Positions 1-10,369 of a DNA stretch of 64,000 bases are shown here, piece by piece (within the stretch, counting starts at the first letter, position 1; each line of letters begins with the position of its first letter). Position numbers and translations under genes: made by a program. Origin of the DNA: an uncultured delta proteobacterium (lineage in GTDB: Bacteria > Myxococcota_A > Polyangia > Fen-1088); assembly GCA_963767925.1 (NCBI GenBank), contig CAVYGB010000010.1, forward strand, positions 992,001-1,056,000. Reading direction: 5' to 3'. A model generated the notes under the pieces. It was not told where the DNA came from. It saw nothing but the letters and a program-made list of their open reading frames with translations, and did not search any database.

Positions 1-2
1 AC

Positions 3-983
3 GACGGGTTCGTGACCACGGGCGTCCGCTTCTGGAACGACAGCGGCGTCGACCTGGCGATGGACGCCACGGGGTTCCGGCTCGACACCCAGGCGTTGAT
101 GTCGCTGGTGGTGGGGGGACTGGCGTTCGAGCTGCCGCCCCGGGCCGAGCCGGGCGTGCGCGCTCCCCCGGGCACGGAGTTCACGGCCTTCGCCGATCGC
201 CGGACGGCCATGCGCCGCCCGGACATCGCGACCGACACCTACGTCCTGAGGTTCAGTGGATCGGTGCGGGGCCTGTCCGATGGCGCGCCCGTAGACTTTC
301 TTGGCATGAACATCGGCGAGGTGACCGACATCAGCGTGGACTTCGACCGGGCGGCGGCTACCTTCGGGACGATGGTCGAGATCGACATCCACCCCGGCCG
401 CCTGCGTTCGCGCGGCGAGGTGGCCGCCTCGGAGGCTCCGCCCAGCTCCAGGGACTTGCTGGATCAGCTCGTGAAGCAGGGGCTGCGGGGGCAGCTCCGC
501 ACCGGCAATCTGCTGACCGGGCAGCTCTACGTGGCGCTGGACTTCTTCCCCGACGCCCAGCCCGTGAACCTCGACTGGGCCCGCCGCCCCATCGAGCTGC
601 CCACCATGCGGGGCGGGCTGGAGCAGCTTCAGGGCTCCCTGGCCAGGGTGCTGGCCAAGATCGACCGGCTGCCGACCGAGCGGCTGAGCCGGGAGGCGAT
701 GGCGGCGGTGGGGGACCTGCGCACGGTCCTGAGGAACTCGGGGCGGCTCGTGTCCCGCATGGAGAACGAGGTGCCGGCGAAGTTCGGGTCGCTGCTGACC
801 GAGGCGACCAGGGCGCTGGGATCGGCGAATCAGGTGCTCGCGCGCGATGCTCCCCTGCAGGCCGACCTGCGCCGAGCGCTGGCCGACCTGGGCCGCGCGG
901 CGCGCTCTCTGCGCGCCTTTACCGACTATCTGGAGCGCCATCCGGAGTCGCTCCTGCGCGGCAAGCGGAAGGACGCAAAATGA
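3..983 (+). CDS. pqiB: PqiB/MlaD (MCE-domain) intermembrane transport protein, 5' part outside window
   Basis: RFWNDSGVD, FSGSVRGLSDGAPVDFLGMNIGEV (MCE domain), GLRGQLRTGNLLTGQLYVALDFFP, C-terminal YLERHPESLLRGK; frame open from window start. Confidence 0.9.
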   Translation, partial: DGFVTTGVRFWNDSGVDLAMDATGFRLDTQALMSLVVGGLAFELPPRAEPGVRAPPGTEFTAFADRRTAMRRPDIATDTYVLRFSGSVRGLSDGAPVDFLGMNIGEVTDISVDFDRAAATFGTMVEIDIHPGRLRSRGEVAASEAPPSSRDLLDQLVKQGLRGQLRTGNLLTGQLYVALDFFPDAQPVNLDWARRPIELPTMRGGLEQLQGSLARVLAKIDRLPTERLSREAMAAVGDLRTVLRNSGRLVSRMENEVPAKFGSLLTEATRALGSANQVLARDAPLQADLRRALADLGRAARSLRAFTDYLERHPESLLRGKRKDAK

Positions 984-1561
984 CTTCGGCCCTGAGAGTC
1001 GCCGCCCTGTTGCTGCTCCCGCAGGCCGGCTGCGCCACTTCGACGCCCGATCACTTCTTCGTCCTGACCGACGTGGAGCGAGCGGTTTCACCGCCTTCCG
1101 GATCTTACGCCGGCAGCCTGGTGGTCGATCCGGTTTCGCTGCCCGAGCTGGTGGATCGTCCCCAGTTCGTGGTCCAGGGCGAGCGGGGCCGGGTCATGAT
1201 CCTCGAGCAGCAACGCTGGGCCGAGCCGCTCCGGTCGGGCGTCGCCCGGCTCATGGCCGCTCAGCTCGGGCGTCTTCTGGGAACGACCTCGGTGTCCTCC
1301 AGCGACGGCGTGCTGGCGCGGCCCGACCATCGCGTGGCCGTCGACATCAGAAGGCTCGACTCTGCCCCGGGGCGCGGCGTGACTGTCGAGGCACTGTGGA
1401 GCGTGGAGGGCGCGGATGGCACCAGCAAGACGGGATACTCGCGCGGGCAAGCATCGAGCCCGGACGGGGATTACGGCGCCCTGGTGGCAGCGCTCGCCCA
1501 GGCGCTGGGCGCTGTGAGCCAGGACATCGCTGACGCGGTGGCAGGCAAGCAGTCTCCCTGA
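980..1561 (+). CDS. pqiC: PqiC-family lipoprotein
   Basis: Lipobox-like QAGC, VSLPELVDRPQFV, RWAEPL; ATGA overlap with pqiB. Confidence 0.85.
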   Translation: MTSALRVAALLLLPQAGCATSTPDHFFVLTDVERAVSPPSGSYAGSLVVDPVSLPELVDRPQFVVQGERGRVMILEQQRWAEPLRSGVARLMAAQLGRLLGTTSVSSSDGVLARPDHRVAVDIRRLDSAPGRGVTVEALWSVEGADGTSKTGYSRGQASSPDGDYGALVAALAQALGAVSQDIADAVAGKQSP

Positions 1562-1848
1562 CCCCTTCGCGCCGGAGCCGCAACTGCCAGATACGGGCTG
1601 GCGCCCCGCCCGGGCCACGGTCTGGTCCCGACAATCTCGCCGCCGCGATATCCTTGGCATACCAATCATTTGATGCTATCTTCTGGAGTGTCTCGACCGC
1701 CGCGGCGCTGGCGCCGGGCCGGACAGCGACCAGGTGAACGCGGGCGCCCGCGCGCGATCGAGACGCGCACCCGGGGGTCGGTCGCGGATGGCGGGGGGCG
1801 GAGAACCACAACGGTCGATCACGACCACCATGGAGGGAGGTTCGAACC

Positions 1849-2025
1849 ATGATCTATCTTGCCCTGGTTAGCCTGGTGATGGGGGCCCTGCTGCTCGCCC
1901 TGGGCCTCGTGGGAGTCGTCAAGGGCGCGGCCGGGCTCGTGGCGCTTGCGTTCCTGCTGTTCCTCGTCTTCGGGGGGACCGCCGTCATGGAGCCGCATAT
2001 CCGCGGCCGTCTTTCCCGACGGTGA
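1849..2025 (+). CDS. Small 58-aa membrane protein (DUF1328/UPF0391-like), not in ORF track
   Basis: SD GGAGGGAGG at 1832-1840; MIYLALVSLVMGALLLALGLVGVVKGAAGLVALAFLLFLVFGGTAVMEPHIRGRLSRR, two hydrophobic segments. Confidence 0.65.
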   Translation: MIYLALVSLVMGALLLALGLVGVVKGAAGLVALAFLLFLVFGGTAVMEPHIRGRLSRR

Positions 2026-2197
2026 GCAGGCTACATCTGGACGAGGGCCCCGGTATTACCTGGCATGCCACATGAATGAGCCGCCGGTCCTCACGGGCCC
2101 GGCTGGACCAGCCGCGGAGCTCCCGCCCCCTCCTGGACGGCTCGGGCCGGACGAGGTTCGCCGGCGCTTCAGCTCGCACAGCGATCAGCGTGACGAC

Positions 2198-2416
2198 GCG
2201 GCCGATGGCGGCGCTGCTGTCGCCGTTCGTGCGGCCTACCCTGCGACCGCTGCTATCGAAGCGGAGCCAGGACGACCTGGAGGTTCTGAGGCAGCTCATC
2301 GACGCCGCAAGCTCAAGCCGGCCACGGACAGGACATGCCCGCTGGCCGAGGCTGCCGGCGCCATCCGGTACCTGGCCGATGGCGGCGCTCGCGGAAACGT
2401 GGTCCTGGAAGTGTGA
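2198..2416 (+). pseudogene. C-terminal remnant of NAD(P)-dependent MDR/alcohol dehydrogenase, frameshifted
   Basis: LLSPFVRPTLRPLLSKRSQDDLEVLRQLIDA then frame switch near 2307 to KLKPATDRTCPLAEAAGAIRYLADGGARGNVVLEV*, a typical MDR C-terminus. Confidence 0.7.
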
Positions 2417-2531
2417 TCGCCGCGAAGGTGGCTCGCGTTTCTGTACCCGGCAAGAGCCAGGAGCCCCCGCACCCGGTCACCGGCCAGGAGGACCGCGGCG
2501 TTTCGCCGGGAAAACCCCTCGGCGGCCGCGT

Positions 2532-3983
2532 TCAGCCTCCGCGATAGGGTCGCCGGGCGTCGGCCGCCAGCGTGCTCGCCAGCTCCGAGGAGATGCGCTC
2601 GCTGCCGACGTCGGCGGTGCTGCGCGTGCGGAACACGGCCAGCGACCGGGGCGCCAGCGAATACGGGCTGGGCGCTTCGGCGCTCAGCTCCTCCGGGCGG
2701 GCGGTGTCGACGACCCGCTCCCAGCGCTGGCCGCTGCGCGTGCCGGGCAGCGAGAACGCGATCTCCTCGTGGTGGGAGCTGAACAGCACCAGCACCGTGT
2801 CACCGGCGATCCGCCGGCCTCGCTCGTCGACCTCCTCGATCCGGTCTCCAGCCAGCCGCATGCCGAAGCAACGCACGAAGGCGCTCCAGTCCTGATCGCT
2901 CATCTCCGCCCCCGACGGCATCAGCCAGGACACGTCCTTGATTCCCGACCCACGAATGCCACGCCCCTGGAAGAACCTGCGGCGCTGGAGGACCGGATGC
3001 TGCTGCCAGATGCGGGAAAGCCGGCGAACGAAGGCCAGCAGATCCTGCGCCTCCGGCCCGGGCTCCCAGGGGAGCCAGGACAGCTCGTTGTCCTGGCAAT
3101 AGGCGTTGTTGTTGCCTCCCTGGGTCTGGCCGAGCTCGTCCCCGCCGCGCAACATGGGCACCCCCTGCGAGAGAAAGAGGGTCGCGAGCAGGTTCCGCTT
3201 CTGGCGGTCACGCAGGGAGCGGATGGCGGGATCGTCGGTCGGCCCCTCCACGCCACAGTTCCAGCTCAGGTTGTCCTCGTGGCCGTCGCGATTCCCCTCC
3301 CCGTTGGCGTCGTTGTGCTTGTCGTTGTAGCTGACGAGGTCCTCCAGCGAAAACCCGTCGTGACAGGTGACGAAGTTGATGCTGGCGTAGGGGCGCCGGC
3401 CGCTCTGCTCGTAGAGATCGCTCGACCCGGCCAGGCGCGTCGCCAGCTCGGAGGCCGAGCCGCCGTCGCCCTTCCAGAAACGCCTCACGGCGTCCCGGTA
3501 ACGCCCGTTCCACTCGGTCCAAAGCACCGGAAAATTGCCCACCTGATAGCCTCCCGGGCCGACGTCCCAGGGCTCGGCGATCAGCTTTAGCTGTGACAGC
3601 ACGGGGTCCTGATGAACGATGTCGAAGAACGCGCCCAGCTTGTCGACCTCATAGAGCTCGCGCGCCAGGGTGCTCGCGAGGTCGAACCGGAATCCGTCGA
3701 CGTGCATGTCGAGGGCCCAGTAGCGCAGGCTGTCCATGATGAGCTGCAGGACCCGGGGGCTCTGCATGTTCAAGGTGTTGCCGCAACCGGTAAAATCCGT
3801 GTAGTAGCGCCGGTCCTCGGACGAGAGCCGGTAGTAGGCGGCGTTGTCCACCCCACGCATCGAAAGCGTGGGGCCGAGGTGGCTGCCTTCCGCGGTGTGG
3901 TTGTAGACGACGTCGAGGATCACCTCGATGCCGGCGCGGTGCAGGTTACGGACCATGGTCTTGAACTGGGCGACCGTGTCCTC
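2532..3983 (-). pseudogene. glgX: Glycogen debranching enzyme GlgX, 5'-truncated
   Basis: [57 protein letters not shown]; similarity starts at [10 protein letters not shown], in-frame stop at 4059-4061, N-terminal domain absent. Confidence 0.85.
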
Positions 3984-4105
3984 ACACGGTCGAGACGGTG
4001 GTGCAGCAGGCCCTGGCGGTTTTTCCCCGGGCCAAGATCGACGCCACCGAGGAGGTCCTCAGAACGCTCAGCAACGTCCTCGAGAGAGAGACCGAGCAGG
4101 GCTGA
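3983..4105 (+). pseudogene. Probable 3' remnant of a helical (MarR-like?) protein gene
   Basis: [39 protein letters not shown] with coding-like codon usage, in-frame stop at 3962-3964 just upstream. Confidence 0.4.
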
Positions 4106-4274
4106 TCGAGGAGGCCCTGCTCGGGCTCTGTGGTTCGTTGGCCCTCGCCCCGCGCAGCCGCGAGCGGGCGGGGTGAGGGGGATCCGGTCAAGAGCCTTCG
4201 GTGTTCCAGGCAGCTCCGCCCGCAGCCGACGATCTCCGCACCGGCGCCCCGGTTCGGACGTAAGGTCGCCGGCG

Positions 4275-5012
4275 GTGCCCGACCCCACCGACCCCGGCCT
4301 CGTCCGGATCTTCACCTGCTCGCCCGGGGAGCAGGCGGCGGCCGACCTCGAGCGGGCCTGGGCGATCCTCGACGCCGAGGAGCGGGCCCAGGCGACGCGG
4401 TTTCACTTCGAGCGCGACCGCACGATCTACCTCGTGGCCCACGGGATGTTGCGGGAGGTGCTGGCTGCCGTGGCGGGGGTGGCGCCGGGCGCGCTCCGCT
4501 TCGAGCGGGGGCCCCAGGGGCGGCCGGAGCTGGTGCCGGAGCAGCGGCCGGCCGGCCTGAGCTTCAACCTGGCCCACACCCGGGAGCTCGTCGGCTGCGC
4601 GGTCACCACCCTCGGCACGGTCGGGCTGGACATCGAGGAGCTGCGCGACCCCGCCCCGTTCGAGGTGGCCGAGCGATTCGCCCCGGCCGAGCAGGCCGGT
4701 TTGCAGGCCCTGCCGCCGGAGGCCCGCACGGATCGCTTCTTCGTCCTCTGGACGCTGAAGGAGGCCTACCTGAAGGGCTGCGGGCTGGGGCTCTCCTTCC
4801 CGCTCGATGAATTCGCGATGACGCCCGCGCCGGACGGCGCCGCCCGGCTGGCGCTGGCCGCCCCGGTCGACGATCCCGCCCGCTGGGCGTTCCGCTGGTG
4901 GCGGCTCCCCGCGCATCGCATGGCCCTGGCCGTGCGGTCCGACGGCGCCGCCCTCCAGGTCACCCGGGCCGCGCCCGCCCGGATCCTCGACCTGCCCGGC
5001 CTGGTCGGCTGA
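4275..5012 (+). CDS. Sfp-type 4'-phosphopantetheinyl transferase
   Basis: LDAEERAQATRFHFERDR, GRPEL, LSFNLAHT, VGLDIEE, FFVLWTLKEAYLKGCGLGL; start set at GTG 4275 (upstream part of the track ORF is antisense glgX). Confidence 0.9.
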   Translation: MPDPTDPGLVRIFTCSPGEQAAADLERAWAILDAEERAQATRFHFERDRTIYLVAHGMLREVLAAVAGVAPGALRFERGPQGRPELVPEQRPAGLSFNLAHTRELVGCAVTTLGTVGLDIEELRDPAPFEVAERFAPAEQAGLQALPPEARTDRFFVLWTLKEAYLKGCGLGLSFPLDEFAMTPAPDGAARLALAAPVDDPARWAFRWWRLPAHRMALAVRSDGAALQVTRAAPARILDLPGLVG

Positions 5013-5097
5013 GCGCCGGGTAATCCCCCGGTAGGCGACGCGGATGCCTGGAGCTGGTAACGTCCGCCGTTTCCGCGGACGGAGCAGGAGGTCTGGA

Positions 5098-6036
5098 GTG
5101 AAGCGACCACACGACCGCAAGGTGCTGGGGGCGATCGGAAACACGCCGGTGGTGCGGCTGAGCCGGATGGTCCCGGAGGACTCGGCCGAGGTCATCGTGA
5201 AGCTCGAGCTGGTCAACCCGACCGGGTCGTACAAGGACCGGATGGCGCTGGCGATGATCGAGGGGGCGGAGTGCCGGGGGGATCTGCGCCCCGGCATGAC
5301 CGTCGTCGAATATACCGGGGGGAGCACCGGGTCGTCGCTGGCCCTGGTCTGCGCGGTGAAGGGCTACCGCCTGCGCATCGTAACCTCCGACGCCTACGCG
5401 CCGGAGAAGCTGCGGACGATGCAGGCGCTCGGGGCGCTCCTGACCATCGTCCCCAGCGTCGACGGGCGGATCACGCCCGACCTCATCCCGCGCATGATCG
5501 AGCAGGCCCGCACCATCGCCAGCCAGGAGGGCGCCTACTGGACCAACCAGTTTCACAATACCGACGCCATCGACGGCTACCTCGCGATGGGCGCCGAGCT
5601 GCTCGATCAGGTGAAGACGCCGGTCGCTGCCTTCTGCGCCGGCGTCGGAACCGCGGGCATGTTGATCGGCGTCTCCCGCACCCTGCGCAAGGCCGGCCCC
5701 CCCGCCCGCGTCGTGGCCCTCGAGCCGGGCAGCGCCGCCGTCCTCACCGGCGGCAGCCGGGGCAGCCACCACGTCGAGGGGCTCGGCGTCGGCTTCGTCC
5801 CGCCCCTGCTCACCCCCGCCGACTACGACGAGGCCCGGGCCATCGACGAGGGCGCCGCCCGGGAGACCGCCCGCCGCCTGGCCCGCGAGGAGGGCATCTT
5901 CGCCGGCACCTCGACCGGTTTGAACCTGGTGGGCGCCCTGCAGCTCGCCCGCGAGCTCGGCCCCGGCCACACCGTCGTCACGGTGGCCTGCGACAGCGGC
6001 CTGAAGTACCTGCAGGGCGACCTCTACGCCCCTTGA
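5098..6036 (+). CDS. PLP-dependent cysteine synthase family protein
   Basis: IGNTPVVRL, KLELVNPTGSYKDR, GVGTAG, AREEGIFAGTSTG, DSGLKYL; GTG after GGAG. Confidence 0.9.
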   Translation: MKRPHDRKVLGAIGNTPVVRLSRMVPEDSAEVIVKLELVNPTGSYKDRMALAMIEGAECRGDLRPGMTVVEYTGGSTGSSLALVCAVKGYRLRIVTSDAYAPEKLRTMQALGALLTIVPSVDGRITPDLIPRMIEQARTIASQEGAYWTNQFHNTDAIDGYLAMGAELLDQVKTPVAAFCAGVGTAGMLIGVSRTLRKAGPPARVVALEPGSAAVLTGGSRGSHHVEGLGVGFVPPLLTPADYDEARAIDEGAARETARRLAREEGIFAGTSTGLNLVGALQLARELGPGHTVVTVACDSGLKYLQGDLYAP

Positions 6037-6095
6037 CCGGCGGGCAGGTCCCCCCGTCGGCAAACGCCGATGTGGACCGATCCGCCGGCGCCCGA

Positions 6096-8118
6096 TCAGG
6101 AGGAGGTGCCGCTGCCGAGCTGGCGGAAGTCCGCCACCCGCAGGAACAGCCGGTGGACCTGCGAGAGCAGGGCCAGGCGCCGGTTGCGCACGTCGAGGTT
6201 CTCGTCCATGACGAAGATCGACTCGAAGAAGGCGTCGACCGGCGCGCGGAGCTGGGCCAGCTCGTCGAGGACGGCGCGGTAGCTCCGGCCGGCCAGCAGC
6301 GGATCGAGGCGCTTGCGCACCTCCTCGATCCGGGCGAGCAGCGTGCGCTCGGCCGGCTCGCCGAGCGCGGCGGGGTCGATCGCCAGGTCGACGACGCCCG
6401 CCTTGACGATGTTGCCGGCCCGCTTGATGGCCACGCTGAGCGACTCGAACTCGGCGGTGGCGCGGAAGTCCGAGAGGGCCTGCAGGCGCAGCTGCGCGTC
6501 GAGGACGTCGTCGAACCCGGCCGCCAGCACCGCCTCGACCAGGTCGGTGGGGAACTTCTCGGCCAGCAACCCGCGCAGCCGCCCGAGCACGAACTCCAGG
6601 GCGGGGGCCACCGCCCTGGGCGCCTCGGCGGTGCCGTATCCGGCCGCCGCGTCCTCGGCGATCTTGCGCAGGGAGAGGTGCCAGCGGTGCTGCAGAAGGG
6701 TCTGCAGCAGGCCGAAGGCCGCCCGGCGCAGGGCGAAGGGATCGTTGGACCCGGTGGGGGCCAGGCCGGCCGAGAAACATCCGACCAGCGTGTCCATGCG
6801 GTCGGCGATCGCCAGGACGGCGCCGACCGGGCTGGCCGCGGGGGGCTCGCCGGCGGCGCGGGGCTGGTAGTGCTCGACGATGGCCCGGGCCACCTCGGGC
6901 GCCTCCCCCTCGCGCGCGGCGTAGTCCGCCCCCACGAAGCCCTGCAGCTCGGGGAACTCGCCCACCATGTGGGTCACCAGGTCGGCCTTCGCCAGCCGGG
7001 CCGCCCGCCCCACCTGTCCGGCGTCGACCCCCAGCCCGGCGGCCAGCCCACCGGCCAGCCGTTCGACGCGGGCCACCCGCTCGCTCATGGTGCCGAGCTT
7101 CTGGATCCAGACCACCCGGGACAGCTTCTCGGCCTGCTTCTCGAGGGGCGTCTTGCGATCCTCCTCCAGGAAGAAGCGGGCGTCGGAGAGGCGGGCCTTC
7201 AGCACCCGCTCGTTGCCCCGCACCACCACGCCCGGATCGCGGACCCGGGTCCCGGCGATGGTCACGAAGTGGTTGCTCAGCTTGCCGTCGGGCTTGCGCA
7301 CGGCGAAGTAGCGCTGGTGCCGGCGCATGGCGCTCACCACCACCACCTCGGGCAAATCGAGGAAAACCGGATCGAAGGTGCCGCAGATCCCCACCGGCAG
7401 CTCGACCAGGTTGGTCACCTCGTCGACCAGGGCCTCGTCCTTCTGGATGATGAGGCCGGTCTCGCGGGCCAGGCGCTCGAGCTCGACGACGACCGCCTTG
7501 CGGCGCTCGACCGGGTCGACGAGGACCGAGCGGCTGGCGAGGCCCGCCCGCCAGGCGGCGGGGCCATCGACCTCGAAGGCCTCGGGCGCCAGGAAGCGGT
7601 GGCCCCGCGACTGGCGGCCCGAGCGGACGCCGGCGTATTCCAGGGGGACCACCTCGCCGGCGAACACCGCCAGCAGCCAGCGCACCGGCCGCACGAACTT
7701 CTCGCTGTGTGTCCCCCAGCGCATCGACTTCGGGAAGGGCAGCCGGCCGATGAGGCGGGTCAGCAGATCGGGCAGCAGCTCGAGCGCTGCGCGCCCGATC
7801 ACCCGCCGGCGGGCCACGAAGCGCTCGCCCTCGACCTGCACCGCCTCGGGCGCGAGGCCCAGCTTGCGGGCGAACCCGGCCCGGGCCTTGTCGCCGGCGC
7901 TGGCCACCGGCCCCACCACCGTCTCGTCGAGGTCGGGCTGCCGCTCGAGCACGTCCCGCACAACCAGGGCCAGGCGCCGGGGCCCGCCCAGCACCGAGAG
8001 GCCCCCGTGCTTGACGTTGGCCGTGCGCAGCTCCTCGCCGGCCAGGCGTTCCAGCTCGGGCAGCACCGAGGCGACGACCCCGGCGGGGATCTCTTCACAC
8101 CCGATCTCGAACAGCAGG

Positions 8119-8126
<8 letters not shown>
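6096..8126 (-). CDS. glyS: Glycine--tRNA ligase beta subunit
   Basis: [64 protein letters not shown]. Confidence 0.97.
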
Positions 8127-9012
<886 letters not shown>

Positions 9013-9100
9013 CGAGCCAGACACTATAGTCCGCGCGCGCCTCACCCTCAACGCCAGCGCGACGGGGACCGCTCCCGCGCGCGGGAGCGGGGATCGGCCC

Positions 9101-10081
9101 TCAGGTCGGCGCGGTGGGGGCCTGGCGGATGTGTGCCCAGACGTGGATGTGGGGTGCCCCCCGGAAGAACCACAACATGGACGGCCCCTCGAGCTGCCAG
9201 ACATCCCACACGCCGTCGCCGCCGAGGTCCTTGCCCTTGAAGAAGGCCATGTGCAGGTTGTCGATCCCCTGGGCCTCGACCAGCTTCAGCGCCTCGTCGG
9301 CGTCGACCTTGCGGAAGGGGGCCAGCAGATCGCCGAGCACCTTGCGCACGAGCCCCTTCTGATCGCCGCTGAGGGCGGCCAGCGGCACGCCGGGCAGCCC
9401 CCGCTTCTTGCCGGTCAGCGTGACGGTGTCGGTGGCGCTCTCGCCGCGGGGCTTGTCGAGCAGGGCCAGGGCCCGCTGCTTGCCGTCGAGGGCCTTCCAG
9501 ACCTCGTTGGCCCGCAGGGCCTGGAACCAGTAGGCGTTGCCCGGATGGTTGGGGCCCTCCTCGTCGTCGCCGGCCTGGTGGCCGTAGAAGATGGGGCCGC
9601 CGAAGGCCGCGCCCTCGACCGAGTCGCCGTCGCAGCGGCGGGTGACGTGGCGGCCGGTGATCACCACCTCGAACTTGCCCTGCCCGGGCGCGCCGAACAG
9701 CGCCGCCGAGCAGCCCTTCTCGAAGCCGTCGCCCTGCTGGTCGTGCACCGTCGCCGCCCAGACGCGGTCGGCGTACTCCGGGCTGTGGATGCCCCGGTAG
9801 ATCTCCCGCAACATCGCCTGCTGGTCCTTGTCGAACACGTCGGCGATCGGCTCGGTGATCTCCCAGTTGTTGTCGACCTTGGAGCGGAGCGAATGCTCGA
9901 AGGGGAAGGCCACCACTTTCTTTTGCTCGGGGCGCAGGCTCTTCCAGAGCGCTGCGGCCACCGTCTCTGCCGACGGCCGGGCCGCCGGGGCGGTCGGGCC
10001 GGCGAGGGCCAGCCCGGGGAGCGAAACCGCGGCTGCGCCAGCCGCCTTGAGGAGAGCACGCCTGCCAACATCCTGCGACAT
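9101..10081 (-). CDS. Tat-exported DUF3500-like protein
   Basis: Twin-arginine signal [10 protein letters not shown]...[30 protein letters not shown]...FRGAPHIH. Confidence 0.7.
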   Translation of the reverse strand: MSQDVGRRALLKAAGAAAVSLPGLALAGPTAPAARPSAETVAAALWKSLRPEQKKVVAFPFEHSLRSKVDNNWEITEPIADVFDKDQQAMLREIYRGIHSPEYADRVWAATVHDQQGDGFEKGCSAALFGAPGQGKFEVVITGRHVTRRCDGDSVEGAAFGGPIFYGHQAGDDEEGPNHPGNAYWFQALRANEVWKALDGKQRALALLDKPRGESATDTVTLTGKKRGLPGVPLAALSGDQKGLVRKVLGDLLAPFRKVDADEALKLVEAQGIDNLHMAFFKGKDLGGDGVWDVWQLEGPSMLWFFRGAPHIHVWAHIRQAPTAPT

Positions 10082-10105
10082 GGAGGCAGTTTCCTCCAAC
10101 TCGCC

Positions 10106-10262
10106 TCACAGGTCCAGGGCCGCCTCCAGCGTGGGATCCTGCAGCTCGCCACGGACCTCGAAGCCGAGCTTGCGGGCGATGGCCTGCATGCCGGCGCTGG
10201 CCGGGCGACATCTCGGCGGTGACGCGGCGGAGGCCCTCCTGGCGCGCGATCTCGATCAGGCG
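10106..10262 (-). pseudogene. C-terminal remnant of a GNAT acetyltransferase domain (Pat/acyl-CoA synthetase-GNAT type), frameshifted
   Basis: RLIEIARQEGLRRVTAEMSP, shift near 10200, AGMQAIARKLGFEVRGELQDPTLEAALDL*. Confidence 0.65.
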
Positions 10263-10369
10263 GGCGCCGGAAGAGGGCCTGCCGGCGGGGGGCGCCGCCT
10301 GTAAGATGCGCCCGCCGATCGGGCCCGCTCGCTCCGACGTCAGGGAGCGAGGCAAGCGGCAAGGTTTCC

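Noticed and set aside
4275..5012. PPTase as marker of a local NRPS/PKS cluster
   Set aside because: No carrier-protein, adenylation or ketosynthase genes in the window
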